Source: Candidatus Woesearchaeota archaeon (GTDB lineage: Archaea; Nanobdellota; Nanobdellia; Woesearchaeales; UBA10216). Taken from it: DNA of 55,224 nt. The DNA is taken from contig JACPTE010000029.1 of NCBI GenBank assembly GCA_016192945.1, positions 1 through 55,224 on the forward strand. The letters are read 5' to 3'. Position numbers and translations under genes: made by a program. This document shows positions 49,495 to 55,224 of the stretch, one piece after another (the stretch's first letter is position 1; every line of letters begins with the position of its first letter). Below the pieces are notes generated by a model. The model was not told the origin of the DNA, did no database searches, and saw only the letters and a list, made by a program, of their open reading frames with translations.

Positions 49495-49737
49495 ATGGAC
49501 ATTTCGGATTACAGGGTGAGGCCCACAAAACACTTTACTCTGGATTATATGCGCAAGTGGGACTACGACATAGAACAGCTCAGGAAGGCCATAGAAACAG
49601 CATATAGAACAGAAAAAACCGGCAAAAACGAATATGAGGCATACGTTAGAGCAAAAACAGGAAGCAGGAAAATAATATACGCAAAGGATGAAGAATATAA
49701 GGAAATAATCGTGATATCCGGAGCTGAAGGAAAATGA
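49495..49737 (+). CDS. RelE/DUF4258-like putative toxin
   Basis: PTKHF and IIVIS; ATGA overlap with the zinc-finger gene. Confidence 0.6.
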   Translation: MDISDYRVRPTKHFTLDYMRKWDYDIEQLRKAIETAYRTEKTGKNEYEAYVRAKTGSRKIIYAKDEEYKEIIVISGAEGK

Positions 49738-50075
49738 GAAAATGCCCAATATGCGAGAGAGGGGAGCTTGTAAAAGCAGAAGACATAATACTTGAACTGG
49801 ACGGATATGTTTTCGTTGTGAAGGGGGAACGGTGCAATAGCTGCAATGAAGAAATACCCATGGAGGAAGAAACAAAACGCATAGTTATCGCATCAAAAAG
49901 ACTCGGAATCTGGCCAGAGCCACTGAAACTTTACAGGCAGCTGTCCAAAAGCGGAAACGGGCTGGTATTCAGGATACCTGCTGATATTGAAAAGCAATTA
50001 AAACTGGATGATGAAACAGAGATTTCTATAACCAAGATAGGGAATAAGATAGTCATATCACCTGAAAAAGCGTGA
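49734..50075 (+). CDS. YgiT-type zinc finger + AbrB domain, putative antitoxin
   Basis: CPIC...CNSCNEE; SKSGNGLVFRIPADIEKQL. Confidence 0.8.
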   Translation: MRKCPICERGELVKAEDIILELDGYVFVVKGERCNSCNEEIPMEEETKRIVIASKRLGIWPEPLKLYRQLSKSGNGLVFRIPADIEKQLKLDDETEISITKIGNKIVISPEKA

Positions 50076-50081
50076 TTGCAG

Positions 50082-50660
50082 TCACCTTCCCTGCTTCCTT
50101 AGCCTGGAAACCAGCCTTTCAAGGCTGTCAATCTGCCTCATCAGCCTCAGTTTTTCAGCATCATCAGCAGCAAGGCGCCTGGCATAGTCCGCCAATTCAA
50201 AATCAGCAGACTTTATAGAGCTGCTAATCCTGTTCAGCCTTTCAACCTCAGCTTTCAGCCTTGAGGCCTCAGAGGCAAAGCCAGCCATCTCAGCCTTCAT
50301 GCGCCCAATGGATTCAACATCTTTCTCAAATCTTGAAAGCAGCACCCTGAACTCTGACTCAATCTTCTCCGCAACCCTTGACTGGAGCTGGGACTTCAAT
50401 AGCTTTAGGTCAGTGACAGAATCCTCAAGCTCAGCATTAAGCTGGCGGACAGAATCAGCAGCTGCCTTAACACCATCAGAAAGCTCGTGATTGCTTTTCT
50501 TTAAAGACCCGATTTCAGAGCTTAGCCCTGAAACCTCCCTCCCAAGCGCCTCAATAGAGCTTTTTTGCTCATCAACCAGGCTGGCATTCTTCCTGATAAT
50601 CTCAAGAAGTTCAGTAATCTCCTTGGACTGCAAAGCCTCAACCAGGCGGCCAATTGGCAT
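50082..50660 (-). CDS. Coiled-coil hypothetical protein
   Basis: Heptad-rich 192-aa ORF. Confidence 0.7.
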   Translation of the reverse strand: MPIGRLVEALQSKEITELLEIIRKNASLVDEQKSSIEALGREVSGLSSEIGSLKKSNHELSDGVKAAADSVRQLNAELEDSVTDLKLLKSQLQSRVAEKIESEFRVLLSRFEKDVESIGRMKAEMAGFASEASRLKAEVERLNRISSSIKSADFELADYARRLAADDAEKLRLMRQIDSLERLVSRLRKQGR

Positions 50661-50778
50661 ATCAAGGGAGATAAAATGAAGATATAAAAGATTTTTGACA
50701 ACCGATGCATAGAATCGTTACTATTCTGTAATGGTAAAAATAATAAGTTTTTTAAACTTTTCAAGCTTATCTTAGCTT

Positions 50779-51669
50779 ATGGGACTGGCAGAACTGTTAA
50801 GGGATGAATACGAAAAAAAGCAAATCCCAAGAAAACAGGAATTCATAACGACCTTGGGAGAGGTAGTTGAAAAACTAAAGGCGAGTCTTCCTCCCCATCA
50901 AGCCTACGCCTATAGCCTGCTCCTATGGAGTGGAATCATCCAGGCAGCCAAAAATATTCAGGAAACAGCATCAAGCATGCTCTGCCTGCCGATTGAAACA
51001 GAGCTCAGAATACTGCATACAAACCCTGAAATATACTCCCTGCAAAAGGATGCGCTGCATTACCTGATGGGCATTTACTCACAGCAGGATGCACCGCTTC
51101 CAGAATCGTTAAAAAACCTTCCACATGAAATCATGGCAACTCCGATAGCCTACCCTATAAAATTCTACAAGATGATATATTCAAGGCCAACAGATGCAGG
51201 AGCCATGGCGCAAAAGATGCATCAAGCACTGGGAGGCTCAGACATACTGCTAATCCCAATAGGAAACAGCGGTCTTCACCCAGGCATAAGCGTATTCCAT
51301 CAATACATATCAGCAGGCTCCAGAAATAGCAGGCTGCATCCGGTAAGGATGTCCAGAAAAATGGGAGATGTATTCCCTGTGTTAAGCCAGACAGAGCTGG
51401 AAGAACTGAGGTCAGAGGCAGAGGGAAGGAAAGTCGTGATTCTGGATGACCTGTCACAGCTGAATACCACCCTGTCAAAATTCGGGACATTCATTACCCG
51501 CCTGCTGGAAACTGACATCTACCAGGCGATAATGGCGAGGAAAACATACGCCAACGAAGCATATGTGTTTGAGCCGTTCACACCACTGATGCCCGGAATC
51601 CTTGACAGGATAAGCAGCGACTCAGCCAGGAGAGGGCTCAAGCAACTCTTATTGAAATACCGCAGTTAA
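50779..51669 (+). CDS. Protein with divergent phosphoribosyltransferase-like C-domain
   Basis: LIPIGNSG and KVVILDDLSQLNTTL resemble PRT loops. Confidence 0.55.
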   Translation: MGLAELLRDEYEKKQIPRKQEFITTLGEVVEKLKASLPPHQAYAYSLLLWSGIIQAAKNIQETASSMLCLPIETELRILHTNPEIYSLQKDALHYLMGIYSQQDAPLPESLKNLPHEIMATPIAYPIKFYKMIYSRPTDAGAMAQKMHQALGGSDILLIPIGNSGLHPGISVFHQYISAGSRNSRLHPVRMSRKMGDVFPVLSQTELEELRSEAEGRKVVILDDLSQLNTTLSKFGTFITRLLETDIYQAIMARKTYANEAYVFEPFTPLMPGILDRISSDSARRGLKQLLLKYRS

Positions 51670-51758
51670 TGGAGCGTCTTGCATGCAATCTCGGGAATTT
51701 TCAATGCCAAACCCACTTCGCTAAACCTTTAAAAAGCAACCATAACCATCAGTGTTGT

Positions 51759-51831
51759 GCCCCTATGGTCTAGCTGGACATGATAGGACCCTGCGGAGGT
51801 CCTGACCCGGGTTCAAATCCCGGTAGGGGCA
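51759..51831 (+). tRNA. tRNA-Arg(GCG), intronless; probable attachment site
   Basis: GCCCCTA/TAGGGGC acceptor, GGACC-CTGCGGA-GGTCC anticodon arm, GTTCAAATC. Confidence 0.93.
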
Positions 51832-51910
51832 TCCTTTCTTTGTATGAGTTAGCCGGACTTTCTCGAATCTTTATATACTGATTCGGACACCAAAAGAAGA
51901 GGCTAACGAG

Positions 51911-53128
51911 ATGGGAAAAGACCTGAAACCAGAGATATACGACTTGGACAACGTTTTGGATAAAGCCTTGAGCATCCTTGAAAAGGATGAAGGGATTATT
52001 GAAGCTAACAAAAAGAACATCCTTAATTGCTTGGAAGAGGCCAAGGCCAGGGGCGTCTCAAAGCAGAGGCTATCGATATGCATATACCATCTAAGGAGGC
52101 TTGGAAAGCTGACCAAGAAGGATTTCAGGAAGCTCACCAAGGCAGACACAATAGAGCTTATGAAAGGGCTTGAAAGCTCGAAATATGCTGACTGGACAAA
52201 AATAATGTGCAAGAAGCTTTTCAAAGCCCTAATGAGAAGCTACAAGAAATCTTCTGAAATCTACAGTTGGATTAAGACACCGGAGCCACCTAATAAGCTG
52301 AAAAAAGAAAACTTGCTTACTCCTGATGAGGTTAGGCAGTTGATAGTTTGTGCCCCGAACAATATGTGGCGAGCACTCATTGGTATTTTATCTGAAAGCG
52401 GCTGCCGACCTGGAGAAGCTCTTAATCTTACAATAAGCAGCGTAAAACCTAATGGGGATCATGTTAAAATCTATACAGCTGGAAAGTTGGCAAGAAGTGC
52501 TGGCGAAAGACCAATATTTATACTCAAAAACAAGGATTTGGTCATGGCATGGTTAGCGGAGCATCCTTCTAAGGATTCTAAAGATGACCTTAATTCCCCT
52601 CTTTGGATTACCAAAAGGACATGCAAGCCCATTACATTGTCTATGCTTGGCACTATTCTAAAGCGGATAGCAAGGAACGCTGGCATAACTAAGCGAGTTT
52701 ATCCCTATATCCTTAGGCACACAGTAGCCACGGCAGCTTACTGCAAATTTGCTTGGCCATTGGCCCAGAAAATGATGGGTCATGCCAATCCAGATATGGC
52801 GAATACATATGTGCATTTGGCTGAAGATGACGTTCTTGAAGCACTACAACAAGAACAAGGAATAAAACCCAAAAAAGAAAAAACAGAAAATCCAGAATTA
52901 TGCCAACATTGCGGCTATGATAATCCGTATGGAAACATTCAATGCAATAAATGCAAGCAGGGGCTGGGAACTGCCGGAGCCATAGTCTTTGAGACCAATA
53001 AAGAAAAAGAAATGGCCGAGTTTAAAGAACTGAAGGGATTGCTTGCTGACCCAGAAATTGTCTCAATACTACACTCATTAAAGAATCCGAATATCATAGA
53101 GGCTATCAAGAAAGAAGTAAGGAAATGA
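51911..53128 (+). CDS. Tyrosine recombinase/integrase with C-terminal zinc ribbon
   Basis: ESGCRPGEAL, YPYILRHT, MGH...TYVH, CQHC...CNKC. Confidence 0.93.
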   Translation: MGKDLKPEIYDLDNVLDKALSILEKDEGIIEANKKNILNCLEEAKARGVSKQRLSICIYHLRRLGKLTKKDFRKLTKADTIELMKGLESSKYADWTKIMCKKLFKALMRSYKKSSEIYSWIKTPEPPNKLKKENLLTPDEVRQLIVCAPNNMWRALIGILSESGCRPGEALNLTISSVKPNGDHVKIYTAGKLARSAGERPIFILKNKDLVMAWLAEHPSKDSKDDLNSPLWITKRTCKPITLSMLGTILKRIARNAGITKRVYPYILRHTVATAAYCKFAWPLAQKMMGHANPDMANTYVHLAEDDVLEALQQEQGIKPKKEKTENPELCQHCGYDNPYGNIQCNKCKQGLGTAGAIVFETNKEKEMAEFKELKGLLADPEIVSILHSLKNPNIIEAIKKEVRK

Positions 53129-53136
53129 GCCGAAAT

Positions 53137-53676
53137 TTAATTTTCATCAGCATTATCTTCATCTTTTTTCTTGCTGATCTTTGCTGATGCAGAGATTTGA
53201 AATAAACCGATTTTAGGATTTTCTAATACTATCTGTTCCACTTCTCTTTTAATATTGCTCACATGTTGATTTAGCCGATCTTTCGCTTCCGCCGTATCAG
53301 GCATATACTTTACGGAAACGCTCCCAGGCATATCTAAAACCATATTGTTGGGAATTTCTCTATCTGAAGAAAGTAAGGAAGACAAAGTCATCGTCTGTGA
53401 AGTATTGACATGTGGGTTTAAAACTTTATTAATGTCCTTTTTAAGTTTTTCAATTTCGTCAAGACCAAGTTTAGTAGTTCGATAGCAACCTTTGGCATCT
53501 TTTTCCAAAAGTTTATCACTAATCAATTCTTTGCAATGTTTGATAATTATTGTCCTGGACAATTTTAATTTTTTTTCTATGTCAACGAGTCTGACGAGTT
53601 TGTTCAATTCAGCTGCGCACTCAAGAATTGCCAACCTGTTTTTTATATACGCTTGCTCATTCTGATTTGTGCTCAT
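53137..53676 (-). CDS. wHTH regulator
   Basis: LVDIEKKLKLSRTIIIKHCKEL...YRTTKLG. Confidence 0.7.
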   Translation of the reverse strand: MSTNQNEQAYIKNRLAILECAAELNKLVRLVDIEKKLKLSRTIIIKHCKELISDKLLEKDAKGCYRTTKLGLDEIEKLKKDINKVLNPHVNTSQTMTLSSLLSSDREIPNNMVLDMPGSVSVKYMPDTAEAKDRLNQHVSNIKREVEQIVLENPKIGLFQISASAKISKKKDEDNADEN

Positions 53677-53771
53677 AAGTATTGCCTCTAAACTGTATCA
53701 TGCAAAGGGGTGGACAACTTAGTTCACCCCTGAAGAATATATATACATCGAATATAAAATACTTTCTCGGT

Positions 53772-53906
53772 ATGACCCCCATTATTTTCAGAATTGATGA
53801 AATAACAAAATCAAATCTCATGAAGTATTGTCAAAGACATGGGAGAAGTATGTCCGGTGCTATTCGATATTCAATTATAAGATTACTGGAGCAAGAGTCA
53901 AAATGA
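53772..53906 (+). CDS. Ribbon-helix-helix (CopG-like) protein
   Basis: MTPIIFRIDEITKSNLMKYCQRHGRSMSGAIRYSI. Confidence 0.7.
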   Translation: MTPIIFRIDEITKSNLMKYCQRHGRSMSGAIRYSIIRLLEQESK

Positions 53907-54082
53907 ACGCTAAAATGAAGAAATTAGAATCCGGGACGGGAAAGGCCCCGGAAATGCGGGGTGAAAAGCTTCATTTTTCACCGGCGCAACTGGCTGATGA
54001 GAAGACGAGTTTAAAAGGATTCGACTTAAAGGAGCTGGTTGATACGCTGCGTGAGATAAAAGCACGCATAAATGAGCACTGA
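53903..54082 (+). CDS. Hypothetical protein
   Basis: ATGA-coupled to the RHH gene and overlapping the next gene. Confidence 0.5.
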   Translation: MNAKMKKLESGTGKAPEMRGEKLHFSPAQLADEKTSLKGFDLKELVDTLREIKARINEH

Positions 54083-55088
54083 TTTCTTTCTTGATATACT
54101 TTGGCCGGGGATTATTAAAAAATTTGGCAAGAAACCCCAAGCAGATTTTCAGAAAGTATTTATTAATTCTAAAACTTGGACACAATTTCTTGGGCTTCAT
54201 TACGGCCTGAAAAAAGAAGAAAGTGAACGGGCTGCAATTCGATTGGTTCAAAATGGTTATCCTATTGAGATTGTTAGTCGTGGCTATTTAATTAGAGCGT
54301 ATTCTATTGCTCCAAAAGTAAAAAATTTAGTAAAAAAGCGAAATCTTTACTTTACCATATTTGACACGATAAGAGCCGGCAAAGGCCCCATAAACATATG
54401 CAATAGGCTTGAAATCACGAAACAAACTCTAAACCCCTATATGAAAAATATCAAAAGATTGGGTATAGTTAAAAAAATAGGCCGTTCTGTATGGTGTCTT
54501 GAAGAATCATTTTCTAATAAGTCTAATGAAGAAATTTATCAGTATTTACAGGAGAAAATCCAAGAAAATAGCCTTAGTAAAAAAATTTTATCGGTAGGTG
54601 CGAGACGTGGTTTGAATAAAGCAAATTTGCATGCATTGCACATTAAGGCCCCTATTCTGGAGGGAGCTTCAAATTTTAAGGCAGGCTACGAATCAAAACT
54701 CAAAGGATGGAATAGGGGGTTCTTAAAATTCCCAGAGCTTGGCATAACACTAGCAAATAACAATGGTAAATCCATATCGATATACCTTTGGTCAAGAGAA
54801 ATCTACGACCCGCTAGAAGTCCCTGCTCTATGTAACAGGTGGGTTCATGCCGTTTGTTCATTACTTAAGAAAGAGGGAATAATCATTGATTATTTTGGAT
54901 GGCAGGTTAAAACACTTCATATTATGATTAGGCAAGAAGAGCTAGATAAAATACTAAGTAAAGGGCTGAAAATAGAAGTAGCCTTGGAAAGAACCACTCA
55001 AAAAATCTCTGAGAACGATGTTCCAAAAGAAGCAAAAGTTTGGGTAGATAGTTCGCCATACAAAGGAGTAGAAACAAATGATCTATAG
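54072..55088 (+). CDS. wHTH-containing element protein, possibly replication-related, probably truncated by an IS
   Basis: ICNRLEITKQTLNPYMKNIKRLG HTH; stop codon coincides with the apparent IS end. Confidence 0.6.
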   Translation: MSTDFFLDILWPGIIKKFGKKPQADFQKVFINSKTWTQFLGLHYGLKKEESERAAIRLVQNGYPIEIVSRGYLIRAYSIAPKVKNLVKKRNLYFTIFDTIRAGKGPINICNRLEITKQTLNPYMKNIKRLGIVKKIGRSVWCLEESFSNKSNEEIYQYLQEKIQENSLSKKILSVGARRGLNKANLHALHIKAPILEGASNFKAGYESKLKGWNRGFLKFPELGITLANNNGKSISIYLWSREIYDPLEVPALCNRWVHAVCSLLKKEGIIIDYFGWQVKTLHIMIRQEELDKILSKGLKIEVALERTTQKISENDVPKEAKVWVDSSPYKGVETNDL

Positions 55089-55224
55089 CATATAACATTA
55101 ATAATCGTATCTTTTGGGTATTAAAAAATTTCTTCTTAATGCCAAACATAGCTGTCTTTTCAGTTCATACAAGTTAAAAAAGATTCTTGTCGCCAACCAG
55201 ATCTTGATGTTTTTCCAATACTGC
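55084..55224 (-). mobile_element. IS630-family element end (transposase C-terminus 55223..55098)
   Basis: Minus frame QYWKNIKIWLATRIFFNLYELKRQL resembles the segment after the IS630 LNPIE motif; ends at TATAG (TA target). Confidence 0.65.

Larger units (their letters stand above)
51832..55224. mobile_element. Left part of a tRNA-integrated element (provirus or integrative plasmid)
   Basis: tRNA followed by integrase, divergent regulators and a wHTH gene; visibly more AT-rich; second att site not in window. Confidence 0.8.

Noticed and set aside
54928-55149. 73-aa minus-strand ORF
   Set aside because: Alternative frame spanning the IS end; the transposase-like frame is 55223..55098.

Overview
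Archaeal chromosome segment, most likely from a DPANN (Woesearchaeota-like) organism: archaeal rps15, Cdc6, Dph5, archease/RtcB, TATA-box promoters and GGTGA ribosome sites. It holds about 65 genes, four tRNAs (three with bulge-helix-bulge, BHB, introns at three different positions), a toxin-antitoxin island downstream of tRNA-Gln, a glycogen cluster, and the left end of an integrase-bearing element at tRNA-Arg that appears interrupted by an IS630-type insertion. The main observation is that rtcB, encoding the tRNA-splicing ligase, is itself split by a 29-nt sequence with BHB intron geometry (35112-35140). Removing it at the canonical endonuclease cut sites restores the catalytic GYDVNCG motif and a 472-aa frame, so the ligase may be needed to splice its own mRNA. 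Other highlights are degenerate copies of the tRNA-Gln 3' end between TA cassettes, a tandem mini-hairpin array at about 3490-3700, a structured region upstream of dnaG, and a Hel308 helicase lacking its first RecA domain. All calls come from reading the sequence; no searches were run.
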